DNA of 64,000 bases. Origin: an uncultured Bacteroidota bacterium (GTDB lineage Bacteria; Bacteroidota; Bacteroidia; Chitinophagales; Chitinophagaceae). Below are positions 30,706 to 40,880 of the stretch, one piece after another. A program made the translations under genes and the position numbers. The notes below the pieces were generated by a model. It worked only from the letters and a program-made list of their open reading frames with translations. It was not told the DNA's origin and ran no database searches. The first letter of the stretch is position 1. Each line of letters begins with the position of its first letter. The stretch covers positions 844,419 through 908,418 of the forward strand of contig CAVTJH010000004.1 in the NCBI GenBank assembly GCA_963735015.1, given 5' to 3'.

Positions 30706-31147
30706 AGAAAACGAATTTAGCCGTGATATGTATAAGTGTAGAAACGTGGTTTTTAAACAAATATTGTAAAAATTGCCCTCTGAACATATAATACGCAGAG
30801 AGCACGAAAATAGTTTGTTTACCGGGAAAAATCCCGTTTTGGGAATGTTAAACCGTTATGAAAGTTGGCCGCCTTTTTGCTTAGCTTTGCTGATTCCTTG
30901 AAACCTTTAACTTGCGCAATATTCTGGTTGTGATTACGTTGGATTACCGGAAGAACAGTCCGGTTATGAATTGACTGCATCAAAAAGAAACTCTGAATGA
31001 CAACCAGAATTGGAACTCACTAAAAACCACATGATTAGCTATTGATAATTTCTACCCTCTAATTGCTAGAATGAGCCCGAAATTGTGATTTTTCACAGCC
31101 ATGTTCTCATTTTACAGTCAGTTCCTTTTAAAGCTAAATTAAATTAC

Positions 31148-32320
31148 ATGAAACGACTGTTTTACCAGCTAACTGCGATTCTGTGCAGCCTGTTCTCTTT
31201 TTATTTTGTGAATGCGCAAACGAACCCGATCAATGTGGTGACTACTGCGGTACCCTTTTTAAGAATTTCACCCGATGCCCGCGCAGGCGGAATGGGTGAA
31301 GAGGGCATTGCAACTTCTCCTGACGCAAACGCAGGATTCTATAATCTTTCCAAAACACCTTTTTCGGATTATAAAACCGGAATTGGACTCACATATACTC
31401 CCTGGCTTCAGGACCTGGGTTTAAATGATGTATACCTGCTGGCAGCTTCCGGATATCATAAAATTAATGATAATGAAGCCATAACAGCTGACTTAAGGTA
31501 TTTTAGTCTCGGTAGTATACAATTCTCTGATTATAACGGGAACAACTGGGGTGAAGGAAGACCACGGGAATTTGCTTTTGACCTGGGTTATTCACGCAAA
31601 CTTTCTGATAAACTTGGTATCGGACTGGCCCTTCGTTATATCAATTCCAATCTTACACTCGGTGCCGCGGCTGCTTCGGGTAGTATTTCCGCATATAAGG
31701 CAGGTCAGGCCTTCGCGGCCGATGTTTCTCTGACTTACAAGAATGTAAAGGCGAATCAGGAAGGCTGGACATTTGGATTTGTTTTATCTAATCTTGGCTC
31801 CAAAATAGGATACACAAACGATGCTACTCAGAAGGAATTTATTCCTGCGAATATGGGTCTCGGCGGAAACTATACTAAAGTATTTGATGAGCAAAACAAA
31901 ATCAGTTTTGGCCTTGACCTGAATAAACTCCTGGTACCGGCTCCTCCGGTCCCTGTCAGTGGAGATACCGTTACCACTGAAGCCCTGCAGGAATACTATA
32001 GTCAAAGCGTAGTTAGCAGCTGGTTCAAGTCCTTTAATGGCCAGTGGAACACGGTAAATGCCTCCATCGGTGCAGAATATACCTATATGGATCAATTTTC
32101 TTTTCGTCTTGGTTATTTTTATGAAAGTCAGGATCAGGGCGGCAGACAATATTTCACGATGGGGATCGGCTTAAAATATAATATGCTTGGTCTTAATTTC
32201 TCCTATCTGATTCCTTCAGGATCCGGTATCACGAGAAATCCGCTTTCCAACACAATTCGCTTCGGTTTGGTATTCGATCTGGATGGACCGGCTGTTGGAA
32301 CAAGCGGGGGGGATCAGTAA
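31148..32320 (+). CDS. porV: T9SS outer-membrane shuttle PorV
   Basis: TTAVPFLRISPDARAGGMG, YTPWL, NPLSNTIRF; followed by ispF. Confidence 0.9.
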   Translation: MKRLFYQLTAILCSLFSFYFVNAQTNPINVVTTAVPFLRISPDARAGGMGEEGIATSPDANAGFYNLSKTPFSDYKTGIGLTYTPWLQDLGLNDVYLLAASGYHKINDNEAITADLRYFSLGSIQFSDYNGNNWGEGRPREFAFDLGYSRKLSDKLGIGLALRYINSNLTLGAAAASGSISAYKAGQAFAADVSLTYKNVKANQEGWTFGFVLSNLGSKIGYTNDATQKEFIPANMGLGGNYTKVFDEQNKISFGLDLNKLLVPAPPVPVSGDTVTTEALQEYYSQSVVSSWFKSFNGQWNTVNASIGAEYTYMDQFSFRLGYFYESQDQGGRQYFTMGIGLKYNMLGLNFSYLIPSGSGITRNPLSNTIRFGLVFDLDGPAVGTSGGDQ

Positions 32321-32394
32321 TAAGTTTGAAAAATTGAAAGATTGAAAAAATATATTCGATTTTTCACATTCGCAATTTTTCAAATTTTTCATTT
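32321..32394. repeat. Inverted 8/9-mer cassette (TTGAAAAA / TTTTCAAA)
   Basis: gtttgaaaaattgaaagattgaaaaaat ... ttttcacattcgcaatttttcaaatttttcattt then ATG. Confidence 0.55.
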
Positions 32395-32877
32395 ATGTCT
32401 TATCGGATAGGCTTAGGAACAGATTTTCACCAACTCGTTGCAGGTAAAAAATTATGGCTGGGCGGGATCGAAATTCCCCACAGCAAAGGTGCGCTGGGTC
32501 ACAGCGACGCAGATGTACTTCTGCATGCTGTTTGTGATGCATTACTTGGCGCTCTATGCCTTGGTGACATTGGCACTCATTTCCCCGACTCAGACAATAG
32601 TCTGAAAGATATTGACAGTAAAATTCTCCTGAATAAAACCTTTCAGCTCGTCCGTCAAAAGGGATACCGGGTCGTCAATCTCGACACTGTTGTTTGCGTG
32701 GAGAAACCCAAAATCATGTCTTTTGCTCCAAAGATGCGCCTTGTCATTGCAGGCATCCTGGAGATTAATGTAAATGACGTTTCGATAAAAGCCACCACAA
32801 CGGAAAAACTTGGTTTTATTGGAAAGGAGGAAGGCATAATGGCCCAGGCAGCAGTATTGTTGAGGAAACTGGATTAA
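32395..32877 (+). CDS. ispF: MECDP synthase
   Basis: [29 protein letters not shown]. Confidence 0.95.
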   Translation: MSYRIGLGTDFHQLVAGKKLWLGGIEIPHSKGALGHSDADVLLHAVCDALLGALCLGDIGTHFPDSDNSLKDIDSKILLNKTFQLVRQKGYRVVNLDTVVCVEKPKIMSFAPKMRLVIAGILEINVNDVSIKATTTEKLGFIGKEEGIMAQAAVLLRKLD

Positions 32878-32891
32878 TTACCTTTGCGCCC

Positions 32892-33332
32892 ATGTCCATT
32901 CCGATAAAAATCATTAATCAGTCAAGACATTCATTACCCGCTTACGCAACTCCTGATGCCGCCGGCATGGATCTGAAAGCAGATATCCCGAAGGCAATAT
33001 CACTTCGGCCCATGGAAAGGAAATTAATTCCAACCGGCATTTTCATTGAACTCCCACCCGGTTTTGAAGCTCAGGTGCGACCTCGAAGCGGACTGGCATT
33101 AAAACAGGGAATTACCTGCCTGAATTCTCCTGGAACGGTTGATGCGGATTATCGGGGAGAACTGAAAGTTATTCTTATCAATCTTTCTGATTCTGAACAG
33201 TTGATTCAGCCAGGCGACAGGATTGCACAATTGGTTGTAGGCAGGGTTGAAAAAGTGGACTGGTATCCCGTAACAGAATTGAACGAAACGATCAGAAACG
33301 ACGGAGGATTCGGACATACTGGTAACGCCTGA
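32892..33332 (+). CDS. dut: dUTPase
   Basis: [34 protein letters not shown]. Confidence 0.96.
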   Translation: MSIPIKIINQSRHSLPAYATPDAAGMDLKADIPKAISLRPMERKLIPTGIFIELPPGFEAQVRPRSGLALKQGITCLNSPGTVDADYRGELKVILINLSDSEQLIQPGDRIAQLVVGRVEKVDWYPVTELNETIRNDGGFGHTGNA

Positions 33333-33377
33333 GGCTCAAAGCTGAAAGCTTTCAGCATTTAATTTCGAATTTAGAAT

Positions 33378-34238
33378 ATGAAAATTGTTTGCAGGGTTTT
33401 TTTGTTGAAGGGTGCTTTGGTTTTATTTCTTGGAATCTGTACAATAATTGCCGGATCTTCATGCCGCTCGGCGAAAAAGATTACAACTGCCATTAGCAAA
33501 AAAGATACAGTTCAGATCATAAAAGATACGGCTGCCGCCGAGGATCTGCATGCAGATTCCTTAAGATATATCCAGCAATTGTACAGTCATATAACATCCA
33601 ACACCGTTAATTGTAAAACTTTTTCTGCAAAATTAAAAGTGCATTATGAAGGAAGCGATGGAAAGGACTATGAATTTAATGCATTCATCCGATTGCAAAA
33701 AGATAAGATAATCTGGATTTCCATTAATACAACCCTTCTGGGGATCGAAGCTTTCCGCGCTGTAATCACACCCGACAGCGTTAAAGTTTTAAATAAATTA
33801 GATAAATTCTATCAGTTAAGATCCGTTAGCTACCTCAAAGAAATCACCCACCTCCCGTTTGATTTTAATGTGCTGCAGTCCATTATTCTGGGAAATCCAA
33901 TATATCTGGACAGCAATATTCTCTATTACAGGAAAGATATACAGGGCATATCGGTTCTCAGTATCGGCCCAGTTTTCAGAAATTATCTGACCCTGAATCC
34001 GGAAGATCTTACATTAAAACACAGTAAGCTGGATGATGTGGATCTGATGCGGGCACGCAACTGTGATATTACCTATGGCCTATATGAAAGAACCGACACT
34101 GTCCTTTTTTCAGCCTATCGCAAAATTGCTGTTGCGGAAAAAGCGAGGCTGGATGTGGAAATGAATTTCACAAAATATTCTTTTAACGAGAATTTAAACT
34201 TTCCATTTTCTATTCCCAAAAATTATAAACGCAACTAA
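33378..34238 (+). CDS. DUF4292 lipoprotein
   Basis: Lipobox-like SSC; DKIIWISI..GIE..R..ITPDSV; LNFPFSIP.NY; conserved dut-DUF4292-envC order. Confidence 0.75.
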   Translation: MKIVCRVFLLKGALVLFLGICTIIAGSSCRSAKKITTAISKKDTVQIIKDTAAAEDLHADSLRYIQQLYSHITSNTVNCKTFSAKLKVHYEGSDGKDYEFNAFIRLQKDKIIWISINTTLLGIEAFRAVITPDSVKVLNKLDKFYQLRSVSYLKEITHLPFDFNVLQSIILGNPIYLDSNILYYRKDIQGISVLSIGPVFRNYLTLNPEDLTLKHSKLDDVDLMRARNCDITYGLYERTDTVLFSAYRKIAVAEKARLDVEMNFTKYSFNENLNFPFSIPKNYKRN

Positions 34239-34275
34239 GCGTTATATATTAACTTCATCCCGAACGTCAAACGTA

Positions 34276-35595
34276 ATGCGCAAACCGGTATTCCTGCTAA
34301 TTATCATTTTTTGTTTTGTAAACACCTGCACGGCCCAGGCGCCGACCCAGAGCCGCAGTGATCTCGAGAAAGAACGGGCTTCCATTCAAAAAGAAATTGA
34401 GGATGTTAAGCATTCCCTGGATATTACACATAAAAACCGCAAGCAGACCCTCGGACAACTTGCTCTTTTACAAAAAAGACTTCGACTCCGGGAAGCCGCC
34501 ATTTCAAATATAAACCAGCAGTTGAATTTCATTCAGGCGGATATGAATAATTCCTGGTCAGAAATCATTAAACTTAAAAATGAACGGGATACCCTTCGTA
34601 AACAATATGCAGAAAGCGTTATTTACGCTTATGAAAACCGGACCAATTACGATTACCTGAATTTCATTTTTGCCGCCAGCAATTTTAACGATGCCATTAA
34701 ACGGGTAGAATATCTGAAGTCATACAGAACTTACCGCGAACAAAGAGCGGAAAATATTTTGAAAACCGAGGCCCTGCTGCAGAGTAAGATTGACGGGCTC
34801 AAAATGAAGCGCATCGAAAAGGATGAAGCACTTGTAAAACAGACAAAGGAGAGGCAGGTACTGGAAGTGGAAAAAAAGGAAAAGGACCAGGTAGTAGAAC
34901 AACTTCAGAGTCAGGAGCATGAATTGAAAAAGGAGATGAATGCAAAACAAAAGCAGGACCAGAAGCTGGGTAATGCGATCATGGCTGCTATTCGTCGTGC
35001 CCGTGAGGATGCCATACGGGACGCGAAGAAAAAAGCAGCTGCCGATGCGGCAAATAATACAGCAGGTTCCGTTCCGGTAAAAACAGATCTGACAAAAAAT
35101 CCTGCAAGTACATCTGCATCAGGATCCACACCATCAGCCGTTAAACCGGCGGTAAAGCCGTCTGCAGAGACCGTTTTCAAAACATCTGCAGATATTGCCC
35201 TGTCAGGAAATTTTGAAAAAGATAAAGGTCATTTACCCTGGCCGATTGCTTCCGGCACGATTGCAATGCGCTACGGCCCCCATGAATACATTAAAGGAAT
35301 CGTTCATAACAATCAGGGCATCACCATTGAGGCAGCTGCTAATTCTTCGATAACCGCCGTGTTTGATGGGCAGGTCCAAAATGTTTTCAATGTGGGGGAT
35401 GTGACAGCAGTAATGATTCGTCATGGTAAATATTTTACTACATATAGTAATCTTTCCACGGTTTCCGTAACGAAAGGAGAAGCTGTCAGAATGGGCCAGG
35501 TTATAGGCAAGCTCGCAGAAATCGGTCAACTCGAATTTGTCATTTCTGACGAAAAAGATCGTCTCTTTGATCCTGAAAAATGGCTAAGGCGTTAA
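34276..35595 (+). CDS. envC: Murein hydrolase activator EnvC family (coiled coil plus degenerate M23)
   Basis: Long coiled coil; KGHLPWP; IRHGKYFTTYSNL. Confidence 0.8.
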   Translation: MRKPVFLLIIIFCFVNTCTAQAPTQSRSDLEKERASIQKEIEDVKHSLDITHKNRKQTLGQLALLQKRLRLREAAISNINQQLNFIQADMNNSWSEIIKLKNERDTLRKQYAESVIYAYENRTNYDYLNFIFAASNFNDAIKRVEYLKSYRTYREQRAENILKTEALLQSKIDGLKMKRIEKDEALVKQTKERQVLEVEKKEKDQVVEQLQSQEHELKKEMNAKQKQDQKLGNAIMAAIRRAREDAIRDAKKKAAADAANNTAGSVPVKTDLTKNPASTSASGSTPSAVKPAVKPSAETVFKTSADIALSGNFEKDKGHLPWPIASGTIAMRYGPHEYIKGIVHNNQGITIEAAANSSITAVFDGQVQNVFNVGDVTAVMIRHGKYFTTYSNLSTVSVTKGEAVRMGQVIGKLAEIGQLEFVISDEKDRLFDPEKWLRR

Positions 35596-35609
35596 TAAGA
35601 CTCCTTGAA

Positions 35610-36770
35610 TCAGATTTTTTCCGGCGAGAATTTTTTTACGGGAATGGGGTGAATCAGAAAACGATCATATAAATTTTCATAGATCGGTACGATGCGGTGA
35701 ATGTCGAAATTCTTCGCCTGCTCAGCCGCATTAATCTTGAAAGTTTTTAATGTATCATTATTTTCAAGAATTTTTATGGCATTTCTACTCATCGAAGCCA
35801 CATCACCGACCGGACTCATATAACCCGTTTTCCCATTGATATTAATTTCCGGCAACCCGCCTGCATCCGATGAAATGAGTGGTACACCTGCGGCCATAGC
35901 TTCCAGGGCAGCCAATCCAAAACTTTCATATTCGGAAGGGAGAATGAAAAGATCAGATACGGCAAGTATTTCCTCTATTTGCTCCTGCTTTCCAATAAAA
36001 CGGATATCGTCGCAAATACCTAACTCCCTGGACAAATTTTCTGCATCATGGCGATCCGGACCATCTCCGACAAACAATAATTTGGAAGGAATCTGTTTGT
36101 TTATAGCGGCAAAAATTTTTACCACATCTAAGACTCTCTTAATCTTGCGGAAGTTGGAAGCATGTACTACGATACGCTCGTTGTTTGGAGCAATCACTTT
36201 GCGGAAAGGATCAATAGCCTTTTTGTGAAAGCGGCCGAGGTCCACGAAATTCGGGATCACTTCAATCTCTTTTTTGATATCAAATATTTCATAGGTTTCA
36301 TCCCGCAGATTTTCTGAAACCGCTGTTATTGCATCACTTTCATTGATAGAAAAAGCGACCACCGGTGCAAGGGTCTTGTCTCTGCCTACCAGTGTTATAT
36401 CAGTGCCATGCAAAGTAGTGATCACGGGAATGACTATACCCTGGGTGGCTACTATTTTTTTGGCCATATACGCCGCAGATGCGTGTGGAATAGCATAATG
36501 TACGTGCAGTAAATCGAGCTGGTGATTAATGATCACATCTACCATGGTGCTGGAAAGCGCCGTTTCGTAAGGAGCATAATCAAAAAGCGGATAGGTTGTC
36601 ACGCGCACTTCATGATAGAAAATATTTGAATTGTATTCTGTGAGCCGGACGGGCTGCTGGTAAGTAATAAAATGAACCTGGTGTCCTTTATCGGCAAGTG
36701 CCTTTCCAAGTTCAGTTGCCAGAACACCACTTCCTCCGAAGGTTGGATAACAAACAATTCCTATCCGCAT
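35610..36770 (-). CDS. bshA: N-acetyl-alpha-D-glucosaminyl L-malate synthase
   Basis: CYPTFGGSGVLATELG, HVHYAIPHA, TTLHGTDIT, ESFGLAALEAM. Confidence 0.9.
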   Translation of the reverse strand: MRIGIVCYPTFGGSGVLATELGKALADKGHQVHFITYQQPVRLTEYNSNIFYHEVRVTTYPLFDYAPYETALSSTMVDVIINHQLDLLHVHYAIPHASAAYMAKKIVATQGIVIPVITTLHGTDITLVGRDKTLAPVVAFSINESDAITAVSENLRDETYEIFDIKKEIEVIPNFVDLGRFHKKAIDPFRKVIAPNNERIVVHASNFRKIKRVLDVVKIFAAINKQIPSKLLFVGDGPDRHDAENLSRELGICDDIRFIGKQEQIEEILAVSDLFILPSEYESFGLAALEAMAAGVPLISSDAGGLPEININGKTGYMSPVGDVASMSRNAIKILENNDTLKTFKINAAEQAKNFDIHRIVPIYENLYDRFLIHPIPVKKFSPEKI

Positions 36771-36857
36771 GTGCTGATTTTAGTGATCAAAGTTAAACAG
36801 ATTTTCAAGAGCTTCATAAGATATGCCTTATACTTATCTTAGCGTAAATAAACAGTT

Positions 36858-38222
36858 ATGCGCTGGTTTTTGTTTAGTTTGTTGTTTTTTTTATTTAGTG
36901 GTTTTGTAAGAGCTCAGTCAGATTCAGTTTTTATCAGAAGAATTGCAGACGAAATATTTCAACATGAAACAGCTTACAGTAATCTGCACACATTGACCAA
37001 GAGTATTGGTCCGCGTCTGTCAGGATCTCCTCAAACATATACTGCTGAAAAATGGGGACAGGAAGCTTTAAAAAGAGCCGGGGCTGATCGTGTTTATTTA
37101 GAAAAAGCGATGATTCCGCATTGGGTGAGAGGAGGCAGGGACCAGGCTGCTGTAGTCTCCGGAAAAAACCGGCAAAATCTGTCTGTTATTGCACTCGGGA
37201 ATTCCGTGTCTACAAAAGCAGGCGGTATCACCGCGCCGATGATTCTTATTCATGATTTTGACGAATTGGAAAGAAGAAAAAATGAAATAAAAGGAAAGAT
37301 TGTTTTTTATAATCATCCTTTCAATGTGGATTTTGTCTGGACCTTCAAAGCCTATGAAGAAGCCGTCCCATATCGTGTATTTGGCGCAAGCAGAGCCGCC
37401 AAATATGGTGCCCTGGGAGTCCTTGTCCGGTCCATGAGCAGTTCAACTGACAATTTCCCTCATACCGGAGCAATGATATATAATGATTCATTTCCGAAAA
37501 TTCCCGCCCTCGCAGTAGGACTCCAGGACGCTGATAAACTGGTAGCAGAGGCAGCTGCCACAAAAGATTTACAACTTTATATTTCTACTAATGCACATGC
37601 TTTACCCGATACAGTTGGATATAATGTAATAGGTGAATGGAAGGGATCTGAATTTCCGGATCAGTTTATTGTCGTGGGAGGTCACCTGGATTCCTGGGAT
37701 CCCGCCGAAGGTGCACATGATGATGGCGCCGGATGTGTTCATTCTATCGAAGTATTACGTTCACTTAAAGCAATTGGTTACAAACCGAAACATACAATAA
37801 GGGTTATTTTATTTACGGATGAAGAAAACGGCGGCAGAGGGGCCATGGCTTATAGTGTTGAAGCAAAACAAAAAGGTGAGAAACATATATTTGCACTGGA
37901 AAGCGATGCAGGTGGTTTTACTCCCAGGGAATTCAGTTTCAAAGGAAATGAATCCCAGCTGGCACCAATTCGATCCACCCTGCCTTTGTTCGCACCCTAT
38001 GGCGTAACATCTTTTCTGATGAACGGTGCAGGTGCTGATGTGGATCCGCTGAACGATTCTACCGGTGCACTGGCAGCAGAACTGATCCCTGATTCACAGC
38101 GCTATTTTGATTATCATCATGCTGGCAGCGATATATTTGAAAACGTGAATAAAAGAGAGCTGGAACTGGGTGCTATCAATATGGCAGCCATAATTTACCT
38201 GGTCGATAAATACGGATTGTAA
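36858..38222 (+). CDS. M28 family peptidase (carboxypeptidase Q-like)
   Basis: GGHLDSWD, GAHDDGAG, EENG, ESDAG, YFDYHH. Confidence 0.88.
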   Translation: MRWFLFSLLFFLFSGFVRAQSDSVFIRRIADEIFQHETAYSNLHTLTKSIGPRLSGSPQTYTAEKWGQEALKRAGADRVYLEKAMIPHWVRGGRDQAAVVSGKNRQNLSVIALGNSVSTKAGGITAPMILIHDFDELERRKNEIKGKIVFYNHPFNVDFVWTFKAYEEAVPYRVFGASRAAKYGALGVLVRSMSSSTDNFPHTGAMIYNDSFPKIPALAVGLQDADKLVAEAAATKDLQLYISTNAHALPDTVGYNVIGEWKGSEFPDQFIVVGGHLDSWDPAEGAHDDGAGCVHSIEVLRSLKAIGYKPKHTIRVILFTDEENGGRGAMAYSVEAKQKGEKHIFALESDAGGFTPREFSFKGNESQLAPIRSTLPLFAPYGVTSFLMNGAGADVDPLNDSTGALAAELIPDSQRYFDYHHAGSDIFENVNKRELELGAINMAAIIYLVDKYGL

Positions 38223-38233
38223 AATTTACAAAC

Positions 38234-38632
38234 ATGAAAAAATTTCTGACCCGTTTATTGCTTGTCATTATAGTTGTCGGAGTTATTTGGTTTTTCTGGC
38301 ACTTTTACTGGGTATTCGGAGAAGGCGTGAAAGCTGGTCAGTTAAATAATTTCACGAAAAAAGGATATATTTTTAAAACTTACGAGGGGAAATTAATTCA
38401 GGCCGGATTCCAGGGAGGAGCACCGGGTTCAGTTCAGTCAAATGAATTCCGTTTTTCCGTCCAGGATGAAACAGTAGCGGCCAAACTCATGGCAAACAGC
38501 GGGAAGGATTTTGAATTGCATTATAAAGAATATATGGGAGCACTTCCCTGGCGCGGAACATCGGTATTTATTGTAGACAGTATTCTTACTATGCGGGATT
38601 CGAAGGGATTGTCGACACCTTATACACCTTAG
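38234..38632 (+). CDS. Conserved single-TM hypothetical protein
   Basis: GVKAG..KKGYIFKTYEG, FRFSV, LHYKEY..LPWRG. Confidence 0.7.
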   Translation: MKKFLTRLLLVIIVVGVIWFFWHFYWVFGEGVKAGQLNNFTKKGYIFKTYEGKLIQAGFQGGAPGSVQSNEFRFSVQDETVAAKLMANSGKDFELHYKEYMGALPWRGTSVFIVDSILTMRDSKGLSTPYTP

Positions 38633-38634
38633 AA

Positions 38635-38740
38635 AAGTATGGGAGTATGGGAGTATGGGAGTGAGGACTCATTTTTCAAATCCTAATCATATAAATTTAA
38701 TTTTTATTTTTAATTCCCATACTCCCATACTCCCATACTT
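38635..38740. repeat. Inverted 8-mer cassette (AGTATGGG x3 / CCCATACT x3)
   Basis: Perfect 26-bp inverted repeat, 38635-38660 versus 38715-38740, filling the gap between convergent stops. Confidence 0.9.
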
Positions 38741-38743
38741 GTT

Positions 38744-39448
38744 TTATGCTTGCAAAATAAAAATCGCCGGCTTTTTATTTATATCAGGATGCATTTTCCT
38801 CCAATCGTCAATGGATTTAGTTTGAACAGATTCGGATTTTCCTGTCAAATTAACGGCAATACATAAACGCGTGCTACTGCTGCAGTTTTTTAGCAGACTC
38901 TCCAGCAGTGACGAGTTTCTATAGGGTGTTTCAATGAAAATTTGAGACGAGCCGTCTTTTCTGGAAACAGATTCCAGCTCCCGGATCTTTTTGTTTCTCT
39001 CAGCTGCTTCAATCGGGAGGTAGCCATGAAATTGAAATTGCTGTCCATTCATGCCACTAGCCATCAGGGCAAGCAGAATCGAACTCGGTCCGACCAGCGG
39101 TTTAACCAATGCGCCTGCATCCTGAGCCGCAGAAACCAGAATTTGGCCAGGATCTGCAATACCCGGACAGCCTGCTTCGCTAAGTATGGCGACTTGTTTG
39201 CCTAGTTTTATTTGTTGAAGGAATTCCTGTTTAACTGAATCTTCTGCCTTGTGAATGACGAACCACTGATATGTGTCAATATCCATTTCATTCCAAAGTT
39301 TTTTGAGGAAACGCCTGGCACTGCGTTCATTTTCCACAAAAAAAACTTCGGTGCTTTTTACTGCATTTAATATATAGGCAGGCAGTGCATCCATCCCTTC
39401 TTCATCAAGAAAAGTAGGAATCAGATATACGGTTGATGGGGTTTTCAT
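38744..39448 (-). CDS. Tetrapyrrole-methylase family SAM-dependent methyltransferase (RsmI-like)
   Basis: YLIPT, SEAGCPGIADPG, GPSSILLAL, FIETPYRN. Confidence 0.85.
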   Translation of the reverse strand: MKTPSTVYLIPTFLDEEGMDALPAYILNAVKSTEVFFVENERSARRFLKKLWNEMDIDTYQWFVIHKAEDSVKQEFLQQIKLGKQVAILSEAGCPGIADPGQILVSAAQDAGALVKPLVGPSSILLALMASGMNGQQFQFHGYLPIEAAERNKKIRELESVSRKDGSSQIFIETPYRNSSLLESLLKNCSSSTRLCIAVNLTGKSESVQTKSIDDWRKMHPDINKKPAIFILQA

Positions 39449-40206
39449 GAATCAATATTCTGATGATACAGACTGATGGTAGCCGCAATCAATGCGTAGG
39501 AAGGTGCCAGAACCCAGCCGACGAAGGGTATAAAATGCATCAGGTAAAATACGAGGCCATTACCAATGGCCAACCCCCGACGCTGGCCGATGAACTGGAT
39601 ACTCTCTGAAGGCGATAAATGATGCCTTTCACAACTGTAATCGAGCATGGAGAATCCATAAAAATAACATTCAACCAGGCCGGATATTACAGGAGAAATA
39701 GATCCGACGAGTGGAATTAAAGATAAAAGCAGGATAAAAACTGTATATATAGTCTGCCAGAAAAAATTCCGGAAAGCGAGTTTAATTCCACGCCTCATGT
39801 CGTGAAAAAAAACGGAAGAATTGAACATAAATTCTTTCCCCTCAATAATGGATTCTGTTTTTTCACTGAGATAGGCGAATACCGGACTTCCCAGGGTAAG
39901 GAATAAATATTTAAACAAGGAGAAATAAAAGAACATCATGATAAGCCGAACCATGATGCCCACCATTATGAGAATAAAACTCCATGCGGCGCTATGCTGG
40001 TGATGCAACCAGAGGTCAACTCCTGTAATCCTGCTGAGGTGTGAAACTGCTGTGTCAGCTGAGATCCAGAAAAAATAAAGGCCAATGGTAAACAGAATCA
40101 TATATGCCAGCCCCGGAATCAGGATCCATTTCCATAAACGGTGTTTCCCAATGAATAAATGCGCCTTCCGGTAGGCCTGGATAGCAATAACAATTTCTTT
40201 TAGCAA
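39445..40206 (-). CDS. EI24/CysZ-like membrane protein
   Basis: SPVFAYLSEKTE, GFSMLDY..ERH. Confidence 0.75.
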   Translation of the reverse strand: MLKEIVIAIQAYRKAHLFIGKHRLWKWILIPGLAYMILFTIGLYFFWISADTAVSHLSRITGVDLWLHHQHSAAWSFILIMVGIMVRLIMMFFYFSLFKYLFLTLGSPVFAYLSEKTESIIEGKEFMFNSSVFFHDMRRGIKLAFRNFFWQTIYTVFILLLSLIPLVGSISPVISGLVECYFYGFSMLDYSCERHHLSPSESIQFIGQRRGLAIGNGLVFYLMHFIPFVGWVLAPSYALIAATISLYHQNIDS

Positions 40207-40262
40207 AGCAATTTTTTAACGGCGTTCAATATAACACTAATTTAGATTTTAAGTATTTGTAT

Positions 40263-40880
40263 ATGTTGGGTAACCTGAAAATACTGGATCAGTCATTTTA
40301 TAGTCGTAAAAATGTTGTGCAGGTGGCCAGAGACCTGCTGGGGAAAATACTGATTTCAAATCTGGATGGTATTCGCAGTTCAGGTCGGATTGTAGAAACA
40401 GAAGCTTATGCGGGGGTTAAAGACAAAGCAAGCCATGCATTCGGAGGAAGGCGGACAACACGTTCCGAGCATTTATACGGAGAACCTGGAACCGTGTACA
40501 TTTATATTTGTTATGGGATGCATCATCTCTTCAATGTAATTACGAATAAAAAAAATATCCCGCATGGCGTGCTGATCCGTGCACTCGAACCGATGGTAGG
40601 AATTGAAGAAATGTTGAAGCGGACGGGCAAACATACCGTTGATTACACGCTGACAAAGGGTCCCGGTAATCTCTCACGTGCGATGGGTTTGAACAAGCTT
40701 CATTCCGGAGGTAATGTATTTTCTGAAGAAATTTTTATTGCTGATGATGGGCTGCGTTATAAAAAGGATGAAATAGTCACTACTAAGAGAATAGGAGTGG
40801 ACGGGGCTGCCGAGGATGCAAATCTGCCTTACAGGTTTATCGTAAGGGGAAACCCTTATGTGAGTGCAAAAAAATCCTAG
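40263..40880 (+). CDS. mpg: DNA-3-methyladenine glycosylase
   Basis: IVETEAY, D.ASH, YIYICYGMH, VLIRALEP, GPGNL, RIGV. Confidence 0.92.
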   Translation: MLGNLKILDQSFYSRKNVVQVARDLLGKILISNLDGIRSSGRIVETEAYAGVKDKASHAFGGRRTTRSEHLYGEPGTVYIYICYGMHHLFNVITNKKNIPHGVLIRALEPMVGIEEMLKRTGKHTVDYTLTKGPGNLSRAMGLNKLHSGGNVFSEEIFIADDGLRYKKDEIVTTKRIGVDGAAEDANLPYRFIVRGNPYVSAKKS

